NCBI GenBank assembly: GCA_965116925.1
Contig: OZ220744.1
Span: forward strand, 6,240,001-6,304,000
From: Candidatus Poribacteria bacterium
Lineage (GTDB): Bacteria > Poribacteria > WGA-4E > PCPOR2b
Direction: 5' to 3'
Length of the DNA stretch: 64,000 nt
The translations under genes were made by a program, and so were the position numbers. Shown here piece by piece: positions 40,426-50,414 of the stretch. Each line of letters opens with the position of its first letter. The stretch's first letter is position 1. The notes under the pieces are model-generated. The model was not told the origin of the DNA. It did not search any database and saw nothing but the letters and a program-made list of their open reading frames with translations.

Positions 40426-41604
40426 ATGCCCATCTTTCTCATCGGTATGGATGAGACAGCGGGAACCATTCACTTCAGTGATCGAATTGCATGGATCTGG
40501 CGGTCTGCAGCTCACCATAACCTGCTCCTCATCGCGATGATTGCAGCAGCAATCCTCCTGATTTGGTACGCTGCACGTCGGGAGTATTGGCGAAATGCTG
40601 CACGTCAGGTCCGTGTGCGTCGGTTGGCGATGGTATCCTTCGCTATCCTATCGGTCTACGTATTGGTAGGACTGCTCGATAGCCTCCGTTGGAGTGATCC
40701 GGTGATCAATCCCGATGGAAAACTAACCCGCAACGAAGCGGGGCAACTCATCTATTCCCCGCGAAGGTGGAGTCTCCTAGATCGAATCTGCACGCCGTTA
40801 CGTGAGAACACCGAAAAAACCTACTCCGCTCCCCTTGCAACCCACCTCTACACTAAAAGCACGGTCCAACAACCGGACGGGCGAGTCACCCGCGAGCATC
40901 CGCCGCTGCAACATCCGCGTTCACATCTCTTTGGCACAGACAAGGTCGGCACCGATGTCTTCTATCGTGCGCTGAAAGGGATTCGGACAGCGCTGATTAT
41001 CGGTGGATTCACAACGCTGACCGCGATCCCGTTCGCGCTCTGTTTTGGCGTGATCGCCGGCTATTTCGGGGGCAGGATTGATGATATTGTTCAGTATATT
41101 TACTCCACTCTTGCGTCGATTCCGAGCATTCTGCTGATCGCTGCGTTCATGCTTCTGTTTGGACACGGCTTGTTTAACCTCTGTCTTATCATAGGGATCA
41201 GCAGTTGGACAGGGTTGTGCCGACTGCTGCGCGGCGAAACCCTCAAGCTACGGGAGCTAGAATATATCCAAGCCGCAGAAGCCTTCGGCGTGAGTCGATG
41301 GAAAATCCTTGCCAAGCATATCGCCCCAAACGTCATGCACATCGTGCTTATCTCTGCTATCCTGCGTTTTAGTGGACTGGTTTTCTTTGAAGCACTGCTG
41401 ACCTATCTCCAGATCGGTGTGGATCCGACGACGGGCAGTTGGGGCAATATGATCAACACCGCCCGCTTGGAATTAGCAAGGGATCCGGTGGTCTGGTGGA
41501 ATCTCATCGCTGCGTTTACCTTTATGTTTGGGTTAGTGTTACCGGCAAATCTGTTCGGAGATGCGGTTCGTGATGCGTTGGATCCGCGTCTGCGGACAGA
41601 GTAA
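40426..41604 (+). CDS. Peptide/nickel ABC transporter permease (OppC/DppC-like)
   Basis: HLFGTDKVGTDV, EAA loop EYIQAAEAFG and GDAVRDALDPR. Confidence 0.9.
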   Translation: MPIFLIGMDETAGTIHFSDRIAWIWRSAAHHNLLLIAMIAAAILLIWYAARREYWRNAARQVRVRRLAMVSFAILSVYVLVGLLDSLRWSDPVINPDGKLTRNEAGQLIYSPRRWSLLDRICTPLRENTEKTYSAPLATHLYTKSTVQQPDGRVTREHPPLQHPRSHLFGTDKVGTDVFYRALKGIRTALIIGGFTTLTAIPFALCFGVIAGYFGGRIDDIVQYIYSTLASIPSILLIAAFMLLFGHGLFNLCLIIGISSWTGLCRLLRGETLKLRELEYIQAAEAFGVSRWKILAKHIAPNVMHIVLISAILRFSGLVFFEALLTYLQIGVDPTTGSWGNMINTARLELARDPVVWWNLIAAFTFMFGLVLPANLFGDAVRDALDPRLRTE

Positions 41605-42049
41605 AAAAGGAGGATAGAAATGGATGCGATAAGGATGGGTTCGGTTCCCGCAACCCCACCGGAAGATTGAGATGACCCGTGACAATGGAACCGCACGATG
41701 CCGTGAGGCAGCATGAACTAGAAGAATGTCAACTCTGGGGAGAGCGACCTCAGGAGGGTTTCGTTCCGTTCCTATATGACGGTATGATTCCTTCGGATCC
41801 AGGGATTGACTTTTCGGACGCAATCAAAAATTCTGTTATCGTTTCGATCACCGATGCAGCGGGGAATATACGTTGATGCGAAGTTGCAATCCCACCCCCT
41901 CCTGCAGAATCGACTATCCGCTAAAGTGCTGATTAAATGTTGGAACTTGCAAGGTATCTAAGGGGTGATATAACTGATGCTATGATAGCTAAAAGGACTA
42001 AACGTGGTATGCTACTTCCAACCTTAACCAAGCCAGCGGAGGGATCTCA

Positions 42050-42373
42050 ATGAACCGAAATGTGTTGTTTGGTATTACCCTGTTCATCGTTGTTTTTATG
42101 TGCTACGTGAGCTATAGCACTGCGTCTGATAACTATCAATTAATATCAGCCATAAACAATCTTTCTAGTAGTGTGGATACATTGAATTCAAACATTCGCA
42201 GACTGAATTCAAGAGTAGATACATTGAGTTCAAAGGTTGACACACTGAATTCACGGATTGGTACTTGGAATCGCTCTGGAACATTGACCTCCGGGTTAGA
42301 TGATCTTGAAGACGATATAGAATCTTTGGAATCTGCTGTATCGGATTTAGAATCTGCAATTCGCAATCAATAG
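42050..42373 (+). CDS. Small exported heptad-repeat coiled-coil protein
   Basis: Signal peptide followed by SSVDTLN/SNIRRLN/SRVDTLS/SKVDTLN and LESAVSD/LESAIRN repeats. Confidence 0.75.
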   Translation: MNRNVLFGITLFIVVFMCYVSYSTASDNYQLISAINNLSSSVDTLNSNIRRLNSRVDTLSSKVDTLNSRIGTWNRSGTLTSGLDDLEDDIESLESAVSDLESAIRNQ

Positions 42374-42512
42374 TGATAATGAAAAATCTCAAGCAGAAGT
42401 AGCATCTAGGGATCTCTGTTTCTTTCAGGTGCTGTCCCCACTAACGATTGGGTTACCTACGTCAATCGTAGGGGCGAGGTTCCCTCGCCCAGCCGCAACT
42501 ATCCGAGCTATA

Positions 42513-43100
42513 TCAAAACCGCCACTCCAACAACGTCGCACGGTGGCGTGAAACGAGTGCCCCGGTAATGGTCCCAACCGCTGCGCCGGCAATCACATCG
42601 GACAGGTAATGCCTGCCTAGATAGATCCGCGTAAGCCCAACCAATCCCGCGCCAATGTAAAGTGGGATACGGAGTTTGGGATACCGATTCCCAAGGAGCG
42701 TCGCACCGGCGAAAGCGTAAGCGGTATGCCCCGATGGAAACGCCGGATTACCGACCACATCGTCTAAGGGGCGTTTCCGTCCGATAATCTCCTTCATTCC
42801 CCAAACGATTACGCCTGTGCTGATGAAAGTCGAAGTCAGCAGCCTACCCGTCTCACGATTTTTATCGTTCCCGTAAGCCATCAGGAGAAGAGAAACCCCC
42901 AACATTGTCCTGCCGTCGCCAAAATAGGTGCCTATCTCCATAGCAGTGCCGAGCGGTTCACTTCGAGGCGGTTCATCGTAGATTGCATCGAATATATCCT
43001 GATCCAGGCGCACAAAAAAGTTGCCTTCATCGGTGTACCCCGCGACAGAGATAAGGCAGAACAACAGCCACAGAGCAGATCGAACGATTTGTATTCTCAT
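42513..43100 (-). CDS. PAP2 family phosphatase
   Basis: K...GRKRP, FPSGH and TRIYLGRHYLSDV motifs. Confidence 0.9.
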   Translation of the reverse strand: MRIQIVRSALWLLFCLISVAGYTDEGNFFVRLDQDIFDAIYDEPPRSEPLGTAMEIGTYFGDGRTMLGVSLLLMAYGNDKNRETGRLLTSTFISTGVIVWGMKEIIGRKRPLDDVVGNPAFPSGHTAYAFAGATLLGNRYPKLRIPLYIGAGLVGLTRIYLGRHYLSDVIAGAAVGTITGALVSRHRATLLEWRF

Positions 43101-43134
43101 GATTTAACCGCCCAAGTCGAAGGAGAAATAAGGA

Positions 43135-44097
43135 CTAAAGCCCGTTCATAAACTGAAAGATTTCATCGCCGAGCCCCGGCAGGTCTTCATGTGCAAAGTC
43201 AGGATAGACCGCTAACGATTTATCTGCGGTTATCTTGTTATAGGCAGCAAATTGCGTTGAAGGGGGACAGATGGTGTCCATCAGACCCACGCCCATAAAG
43301 ACTTCACTCTGGATACGTGGACATAGATACTGCACATCAATATAGCCGAGTTTCTCAAATATCGCCTCCTCGCGCTCGTGGAGCGGGTCGAATTTACGGA
43401 AGTATTCCCCCAATTCGGCATAGGCATCTTTTGCCTGATCCATCTCCCACACCCGCTGGTAATCGCAGAGGAACGGAAACACAGGGGCTGCCCGTTTGAT
43501 GCGGGGTTCAAGGGCTGCACAAGCGAGTGTCAATCCGCCGCCTTGGCTTCTGCCGGTCGCACCGACTCGATTTTCGTCCACATCCGGCATCTCCATCACA
43601 ATTTTTGCGAGTTGCGCTGTATCCAGAAAAATCTGGCGGTAGAGCAGTTTCTCCGGCGCATCGTCAAGGCCGCGGATAATATGTCCGCGCAACGTCCAGC
43701 CTGTCACACCGCCTGTATCTTCCGACGAACCGCCCTGACCCCGACAATCGAGTGCCGCGACGGTATAACCGAGGGCGGCGTAGCCTAATTTGCTCACCCA
43801 ATCGCCGGCATCGCCAGAGTAGCCGTGGAACATCAGCACCGCTGGGTGGAGATCGGGAGCGTTATTCGGACGAAGCAGCATAGCGTGAACCCGCGCCCCG
43901 CCGACGCCGGTGAAATAGAGATCCGAACATTCTGCAACGGAGGTCTGAAAACTGGCAGGCGAGATCTCAATCTGCGGATCAACTTCGCGCATCTCCGCAA
44001 GGGCTCCGTCCCAAAAAGCATCAAAGTTATCGGGGCGGGGATTTATGCCCTGATAGGTTTCTAACTCCGCTAACGACATATCAAAGGTCAAAGGCAT
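43135..44097 (-). CDS. Acetylxylan esterase / cephalosporin-C deacetylase (CE7)
   Basis: FHGY, DCRGQGG, GRSQGG nucleophile and DTICPPSTQFA motifs. Confidence 0.9.
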   Translation of the reverse strand: MPLTFDMSLAELETYQGINPRPDNFDAFWDGALAEMREVDPQIEISPASFQTSVAECSDLYFTGVGGARVHAMLLRPNNAPDLHPAVLMFHGYSGDAGDWVSKLGYAALGYTVAALDCRGQGGSSEDTGGVTGWTLRGHIIRGLDDAPEKLLYRQIFLDTAQLAKIVMEMPDVDENRVGATGRSQGGGLTLACAALEPRIKRAAPVFPFLCDYQRVWEMDQAKDAYAELGEYFRKFDPLHEREEAIFEKLGYIDVQYLCPRIQSEVFMGVGLMDTICPPSTQFAAYNKITADKSLAVYPDFAHEDLPGLGDEIFQFMNGL

Positions 44098-44126
44098 ACA
44101 ATTTTTCCTCTCTCATTGCGGTCTAT

Positions 44127-45863
44127 TTACCAACCGATTGCATAAGACGTAGAACGTGGATCCGCACCGCCGACGCGTGTGCCTGTCTCATGGTCAACGG
44201 TAATCGCACATACGCGGCTGACCCCTGCACTCCAATCGTCATGATCGTGGAGGTGATGCCCACGATTCCGCAAAGCCTCGCGGGTCTGTGGAGCGATCCG
44301 GGCTTCGACCACGACCTCGCCGGGCAGTGATCCATGGGGCCAGAACGAATTCGGGAAGCTGTGACTGATGACGCGGGGGGCTTCGATCGCCTCCTGCGGC
44401 TCCATCCCGAACTCGATGATATTGAGGAACACCTGCAGCATCCCCTGTACCTGTGCGTCACCGCCGGGGCAGCCGAAGGGCATGAACGGCTTTCCATCTT
44501 TGAGAGCCAACGCTGGATTTGGGGTGAGGCGTGGACGTTTCCACGGCTGCAGGCAGGAGGGGTGCGCTGGATCGAGCCATATCTGTGTACCCCGTCCTGA
44601 GATAGGAAAACCCAAGCCCGGAACGATTGGGGACCAGCCAACCACATCCGAGGGTGTAGCGGAAAAGGCGTTACCGCTCTCATCTATCACGCAGAGGTAG
44701 CTGGTATCGCTCTCCCAGTGCGATATACGCTCCGGCTGCGGGCAATTTGGGTCCAAAGTCGGGAAGGGTCCGTTCTCTCTGCGCGGCTCCGGATGGAACC
44801 GCCACGGGTCACCGGGGCGTGGCATGTCGGGGGCGGCACGTTGTAGGTCAATGGCACTCCGTCTTTCAGCCGCATATCGTTCATCGAGTAATCCTGCCAT
44901 CGGGACTTGGACAAAATCGGGATCGCCGAAATACGCCTCCCGATCCGCAAACGCCAATTTCAGCGATTCGATAACTGTGTGAAGATAGTCCGCGGACTCG
45001 TGCCCCATCCCTTGTAGGTCAGCCCCTTCGAGAATCTTTAGTGCCATGTTGAGGGTCGGTCCCTGACACCACGGTCCGCAGGTATAAACGTCATAACCTT
45101 TGTAGGTGATATGCGTCGGTGGTTCGACCCGAACCGAAAATGCGGCGAGATCTTCATAGGCTAGCAGTCCCCCTTCCTGCGCGTGAAAATCGGCGATTTC
45201 GTGGGCAATTTCGCCCTTATAGATTAGGTCGCGTGCGGCTCTGATTCCTACTTCACGATCACCGCTCGCTCCCCGTTCAGCGTCGATCATCCGTCTGAAG
45301 GTGTTCCCCAGATCCTTCTGGAAAAAGATCTCCCCAACCTGTGGAATATGGCCACCGGGGTTGAAGACAGCAGCCGTTGATGGGTCGCCTCCTAGCTCCC
45401 TGCTGGCAAATGCGTGGAACTGATCATCGACTGGATGACCGTTTTCGACGAGGTCTAACGCGGGCTGGATGACCTCTTCAAAGGTCATAGTGCCGAATCG
45501 CGCCAACGCCGTCAGCCACGCATCAGGCGATGCGGGTGTGACAGTCCGCAAGATGCCGGGGGGCAGATCGCCGTTGTGATATTTTCGGAAGTAGTCAATG
45601 CTCGCCCCACGGGGAAAGCGTCCGAGTCCACTGATGGTTTCTACCGGTGCCCCCGATCCCGGACAGTAGACAATCGGTGCGACGCCGCCGAAATGGGTGA
45701 ATCCCGGCTGAAGCACATTGATACAGATACCGACAGCGATGCCGGCATCAGCGGCGTTACCGCCACTTTCGAGGATACGAACCCCACCCATTGTTGCGAG
45801 ATAGTGCACCGATGAGACAATGTACTGTTTCCCGCGGACTGAGGGGCGATGACTCCTTGGCAT
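44127..45863 (-). CDS. Gamma-glutamyltransferase family Ntn hydrolase
   Basis: GGNAADA, LAFADRE, DTSY cleavage site, PGGDAQ and GGADPR motifs; alternative start at 45920. Confidence 0.9.
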   Translation of the reverse strand: MPRSHRPSVRGKQYIVSSVHYLATMGGVRILESGGNAADAGIAVGICINVLQPGFTHFGGVAPIVYCPGSGAPVETISGLGRFPRGASIDYFRKYHNGDLPPGILRTVTPASPDAWLTALARFGTMTFEEVIQPALDLVENGHPVDDQFHAFASRELGGDPSTAAVFNPGGHIPQVGEIFFQKDLGNTFRRMIDAERGASGDREVGIRAARDLIYKGEIAHEIADFHAQEGGLLAYEDLAAFSVRVEPPTHITYKGYDVYTCGPWCQGPTLNMALKILEGADLQGMGHESADYLHTVIESLKLAFADREAYFGDPDFVQVPMAGLLDERYAAERRSAIDLQRAAPDMPRPGDPWRFHPEPRRENGPFPTLDPNCPQPERISHWESDTSYLCVIDESGNAFSATPSDVVGWSPIVPGLGFPISGRGTQIWLDPAHPSCLQPWKRPRLTPNPALALKDGKPFMPFGCPGGDAQVQGMLQVFLNIIEFGMEPQEAIEAPRVISHSFPNSFWPHGSLPGEVVVEARIAPQTREALRNRGHHLHDHDDWSAGVSRVCAITVDHETGTRVGGADPRSTSYAIGW

Positions 45864-46010
45864 TCTACTTTCTCCTTTCACCCAATGAGGCTTGGGTTGT
45901 GAGTGGACGACGTGGGTCAATCTCCATAACCGAGTTGACGCAGGTGTTCAAACGACTTCTCTATCCGTTTTCTGCTTCTCTGCGCTCTCTGCGTCTCTGC
46001 GGTGTTTTTC

Positions 46011-47573
46011 TTAGGTTTCATAGATATTGTCCATCTGCCATGCGTCCAGCGATCTGAGTTCACTCTCTTGACCTTGAGAACGCAGCGATACACCGACGCT
46101 ATCTGCGCGGTCAGGATAGACACGCATTGCAACACACTGCTTCCCGTTGACGAACACCTCAACCACGCTCTTGTCGATGAACACACGCAACTTGAGTGTC
46201 TCGTCCGGTGCGATAAAAACAGCAGCAGTTTCGGGGGCGCGTGAAAGCACATCCGGCGCAATTGACGAATACGATGAATCGATCGTTATCAGGCTGTCCC
46301 GCCCTTCTCGATTCAGATCTGGATCCCTGAAACCTCGCTCCTTAAAGAACGCAATACGGGTGAATTCCTCCTTTTGCGGTGAGCGGAGGACGTTCATTTC
46401 GACCATCGGGGCGGTTTTCGGGTCGATCTCCGCGACGATTTCCATCGCGTTCCCTTCGATACTTTGGAGGACGATCTCCTGATTCGCAGGCAATGTCATC
46501 CCACTCACCGCCTGATGTGCGCCGCGCAGCGATTCAATATCTCCGGCGGGCTCGATCGCCAATCTATCTCTTGAGGCGAGTGTTAGGCGTCGCGGCAACG
46601 TCATAATCTGATTCCAGCCTTGGGTCGGCTTCGCAGGATTCATGTTCCAGATGCAGATGAGTCCTCCCTCACCGTCGGGGGTTGCGGAGGGCGCGTGTAC
46701 GCCCGCGGGGGCTGCCGCACCGAAGTTGTTCTTGGCACCCGCGGTCACGACGAACTTGTCGCGATCTTTATCGTAATCGCCAAGCAGGTACTGCCCACCA
46801 CTCATGTGGCTGAAAAATAGGAGGATATGCTGATCTCCGATGGGCCAAAAGTACGGGCAAGCACCGTCATCGCCCACCAATGTGTAGTGATCATTCTCGA
46901 CAAACGGGTGCAGATACTCCCAATTCGCTAAATCCGGGGAGCGGAGCAGGAAGTTAGCGCGGATCCGTTTAGCACCGGGGCCAACTGGCAGCGTCCCCCC
47001 TGAAAGCGAATAGTACATGCCATCCTTCTTCCAGATGCACGGATCGAAGACGCGGTAGGGCGGGGCTGACCCGTCCGGGTTTCTCATCGGGATCACTGCC
47101 TCCCCTGTCACCTTCTCCCAATTCAACAACAGCGGATCGCTCGACACAGCGACCATATTGCCGACCTCTGTGCCGTGATACATTGCAATCACGCGATCTT
47201 CCTCGACATAACTCGAACCGGAGAAACAGCACCTTTCAGGATTCGGGTAAATCGCATAGGGCAGATCTCGCCAATGAATGAGATCATCGCTGATAGCGTG
47301 TCCCCAGTGTTGACGGGTATCCTCCGGCGGATATGCTTGATAGAAAAGGTGCCATTTCCCACCCCAGAAACAGAGACCGTTAGGATCGTTGAGCATCGCT
47401 TCGGGATTCACGTAATGGTAGATGGGACGGTGCGGATTGCCTGCATACCCTTTGCGCGACTCGATCAGCCGGAGCATCAACGGATTGGTTTTGAGTTGCT
47501 CCTCCTGTTCTTCGAGGGTGTCAGCAAAGGTGTAATGTGGAACTCGTGAGGTATAATCGGAGGTGTTGTTCAT
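46011..47573 (-). CDS. GH32-like beta-propeller protein with altered catalytic motifs
   Basis: NDPNG, WHLFYQ, WGHA.S.DL.HW, FSGS and C-terminal DKSVVEVF motifs. Confidence 0.85.
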   Translation of the reverse strand: MNNTSDYTSRVPHYTFADTLEEQEEQLKTNPLMLRLIESRKGYAGNPHRPIYHYVNPEAMLNDPNGLCFWGGKWHLFYQAYPPEDTRQHWGHAISDDLIHWRDLPYAIYPNPERCCFSGSSYVEEDRVIAMYHGTEVGNMVAVSSDPLLLNWEKVTGEAVIPMRNPDGSAPPYRVFDPCIWKKDGMYYSLSGGTLPVGPGAKRIRANFLLRSPDLANWEYLHPFVENDHYTLVGDDGACPYFWPIGDQHILLFFSHMSGGQYLLGDYDKDRDKFVVTAGAKNNFGAAAPAGVHAPSATPDGEGGLICIWNMNPAKPTQGWNQIMTLPRRLTLASRDRLAIEPAGDIESLRGAHQAVSGMTLPANQEIVLQSIEGNAMEIVAEIDPKTAPMVEMNVLRSPQKEEFTRIAFFKERGFRDPDLNREGRDSLITIDSSYSSIAPDVLSRAPETAAVFIAPDETLKLRVFIDKSVVEVFVNGKQCVAMRVYPDRADSVGVSLRSQGQESELRSLDAWQMDNIYET

Positions 47574-47600
47574 AGTTTGTCTCCTTTATATTAGTATGTA

Positions 47601-48755
47601 CTATCTTCTCTCTATAAGAAACATCTGCTCTGTCACATGAATCGTCCGGTTTCTGAGATTTCTCGATCCGCGAAACGTATTGTAGCGAACACTAAACTCG
47701 TCAACAGTACCTACTTTTTGTAGCATAGCACGCATCTCATCAGGACTGATGAACCCCTCATTATTGAAAGAGATTAGAAGAAAACGGGCGTCGATTTTGT
47801 GCAGTAGTTCTTCAAGTAGCGGTAAAGATTTTGTCCGGACATTATACCCTGAACGTCTCCAATCCGATGGAATACCGGACACACGACTTATTTTATCCGG
47901 TCGTTTGTAATGAACAAGCAGGTTGAGCATAAAGTAGTTGGAGCCGTAGGGGTGCTGATTATAGGGTGGATCAATATAAGCTAGGTCAAGCCCCTTTATT
48001 TGACTGGCTACCTTATTGGTGTCATCTTGCAGAACCTGATAATCGCACTCGTACTTGCTCAACACCGGGACTTCAAGCTTGATTTTGCCCTTGATTCGTT
48101 TTAGCGCGTCCAATCCGGTCCCACCGTACTGTCCGACTCCGGTGGTACGATCCTTATAAAATCCCTTGAATACGCCTGCGGTATTTGAGTGGACAGATGC
48201 GGCACTCAGAAGGGGACCCAGTAGCAAATCGCGAAAGTCTGAGGGAGTGCGATCAATCATCCGACGGTAGTTGTCCAAACGACGGGCATTGGTGGTCGTA
48301 TAGAAAACCCTATCATCCTTTGTTATTTCTGATTCATCCTTTGGGGCATAGAGTGTCTCAATAAATCCCTTGGGGAACGGCGCATCAGTTACGCGAGCGT
48401 TTAGTTCTTCTACAATCTCGGACAGTGCAGTGAAATTAACTGAACTTCTGTTACGCAGGTAGCAACGTGCAATCACAGCGGCGTAATCCTCAAAATCGTT
48501 GCTGACAATAAACGATGCGTGCGCTTTCAGAAAACGGGAAACGACACCGGAGCCGCTAAATGCGTCAAACACACGAAGCTGCTCCTTACCGGTCCGTTTC
48601 TTGACACACATAACCGCTTTGCCGATTTGTCCTAGAAGTGAACGTTTGTTCCCGATATATGTGATGAGTTGCTCTGAGAGATATTTTGGATCTTCGGCGA
48701 AGAGGGAGTCGTCGTTCAATTCAGGTTGATAATCTTTACGTTGTACTATAGACAT
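47601..48755 (-). CDS. Orphan D12-class DNA adenine methyltransferase
   Basis: YIGNK, FDAFSGSGVVS and YIDPPYN motifs; no endonuclease is adjacent. Confidence 0.85.
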   Translation of the reverse strand: MSIVQRKDYQPELNDDSLFAEDPKYLSEQLITYIGNKRSLLGQIGKAVMCVKKRTGKEQLRVFDAFSGSGVVSRFLKAHASFIVSNDFEDYAAVIARCYLRNRSSVNFTALSEIVEELNARVTDAPFPKGFIETLYAPKDESEITKDDRVFYTTTNARRLDNYRRMIDRTPSDFRDLLLGPLLSAASVHSNTAGVFKGFYKDRTTGVGQYGGTGLDALKRIKGKIKLEVPVLSKYECDYQVLQDDTNKVASQIKGLDLAYIDPPYNQHPYGSNYFMLNLLVHYKRPDKISRVSGIPSDWRRSGYNVRTKSLPLLEELLHKIDARFLLISFNNEGFISPDEMRAMLQKVGTVDEFSVRYNTFRGSRNLRNRTIHVTEQMFLIERR

Positions 48756-48996
48756 GTCGCCCCTCTGGGGCTAAATGAAACGATTCACCAATGGTTTTCA
48801 CGTTTCACGCATCACATTATCAGCAGATGCAGACTAGTACTCAGTCATATAAGTTTTGCATATCAACAAGGGGGTCGGGTGACCCGACCCCTACGAAGTA
48901 TTATGAGTCTCAATCCATATAGACAATCATAATTTGCCTGACAGTGTACTAGCACCAGTGGTTTTATAACTCAAGTCGCGACTAGAGGGGTGTCCG

Positions 48997-50130
48997 TCAA
49001 GCCTCTATTGTCGTCCGGGGAAGTTCCAACATCTTCGGGCTGAGTTCGCGTCCCAAGCCCGGTCGCTCGCAGAGATCTAACAGTCCCTCTTTAACAATTA
49101 TCGGTTCATCAATATAAGTGTTCCACGTTGGGTAGTGGTAGGCGGTGAATTCGAGGTGGCGTGTGTTCGGGATAACAGCCATCAGATGTGTCAACGCCAT
49201 GCAACTGAGCGGTCCATAGTTATGCGGTGCGACCGGGATATAGTGCACCTCTGCGTAGCTTGCAATTTTCTTCACCTCTGAGATGCCGCCGGTCCAAGCG
49301 AGGTCTGGGTTAAGAACATCCGCCGCTCCCATCTCCAATATCTGCTGAAAGCCCCAACGGGAGAAGATGCGCTCGCCGGCAGCGATAGGCACACCGCCGC
49401 TTTCCCGCACCTCTTTTAAGGCTGTGAAGTTGTGGGGCTGGATCGGTTCCTCAATAAAGTAGGGATTCAGGTGTCGCACCGCTTCCGCAATCCGAATCGC
49501 ACCGGGAACATCAAAGGCAGCGTGGAGATCTATCCCCACCTCCAATGCATCCCCAACCGCATCTCGCACCCACTCAAATCGCTCGGCACCCTCTGCTACA
49601 TCTGTCGCGCTGATGTAGCCAGTCGTGTCGGCAAAATCCGTCTCACCACGACTGGGATAAAAATCGCCGAAGAACCGGGCGGTCTTACACGCTTTCCAGC
49701 CTTCGTCCACACATTTCTTCGACCAATCCTGAAACGCCGTTCGGTTCGTCTCTGTCTCGTCGTAGATACCGCTGAAATAGACAGGCACTTTGGAGCGGGT
49801 CTGCCCTCCCAAGATGCGGTAGAGCGGACGGTCTAATGTTTTTCCCAAGAGATCCCACAGTGCCATGTCGATGCCGCTCATCGCACGGAGTTCGGCGCCC
49901 ATCAGTCCGTGGAAGGACGCACTGCGGTACATCCGATTCCAAATCTTCTCAATATCCTCCGGATTCTGACCGAGCAGATGGCCGCGGGCAAATTCGTGGA
50001 TCACTATCTCCGCAGGATCGGCACGGTGGTAGGTTTCGCCAACGCCGACATATCCCGCGTCGGTGCTGATGAGAATCCAGCAGTAGTTTCTACATTCCGA
50101 GCGGATGGTTTCCACTTTGGTAATTTTCAT
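48997..50130 (-). CDS. Mandelate racemase/muconate lactonizing family enzyme (acid-sugar dehydratase-like)
   Basis: MKITKVET, SGIDMALWDL.GK, DLH, FIEEP, AAGER and APHN motifs. Confidence 0.9.
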   Translation of the reverse strand: MKITKVETIRSECRNYCWILISTDAGYVGVGETYHRADPAEIVIHEFARGHLLGQNPEDIEKIWNRMYRSASFHGLMGAELRAMSGIDMALWDLLGKTLDRPLYRILGGQTRSKVPVYFSGIYDETETNRTAFQDWSKKCVDEGWKACKTARFFGDFYPSRGETDFADTTGYISATDVAEGAERFEWVRDAVGDALEVGIDLHAAFDVPGAIRIAEAVRHLNPYFIEEPIQPHNFTALKEVRESGGVPIAAGERIFSRWGFQQILEMGAADVLNPDLAWTGGISEVKKIASYAEVHYIPVAPHNYGPLSCMALTHLMAVIPNTRHLEFTAYHYPTWNTYIDEPIIVKEGLLDLCERPGLGRELSPKMLELPRTTIEA

Positions 50131-50414
50131 TGCTTCTCCTGTATAGGTGCGTGAAACGTGAAACGTAATGCGTAATAGAATCACCGCAGAGACGCGGAGA
50201 ACGCAGAGAAAGATAAGAAAACGAGAGAACGGGAGAACAAGAAAGCCTTCCGTGAATCCACGCCAACTCCCACGAATAAAAGGGCAATTTAACGCAAAGG
50301 CGCAAAGACGCAGAGCGACGAGCAAGCCGGATCCCGCTGGGGCTAATCAATGAACTTCTTCACGTTTCACGCATCACGTTTCACGTAACTTCAATGAACT
50401 AATGAACTAACCTT

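Noticed and set aside
41620..41876. Short ORFs after a strong RBS, with several in-frame TGA codons (possible recoding)
   Set aside because: TGA is a normal stop in many genes here, there is no recognisable product or SECIS-like evidence, and a decayed fragment is more likely.
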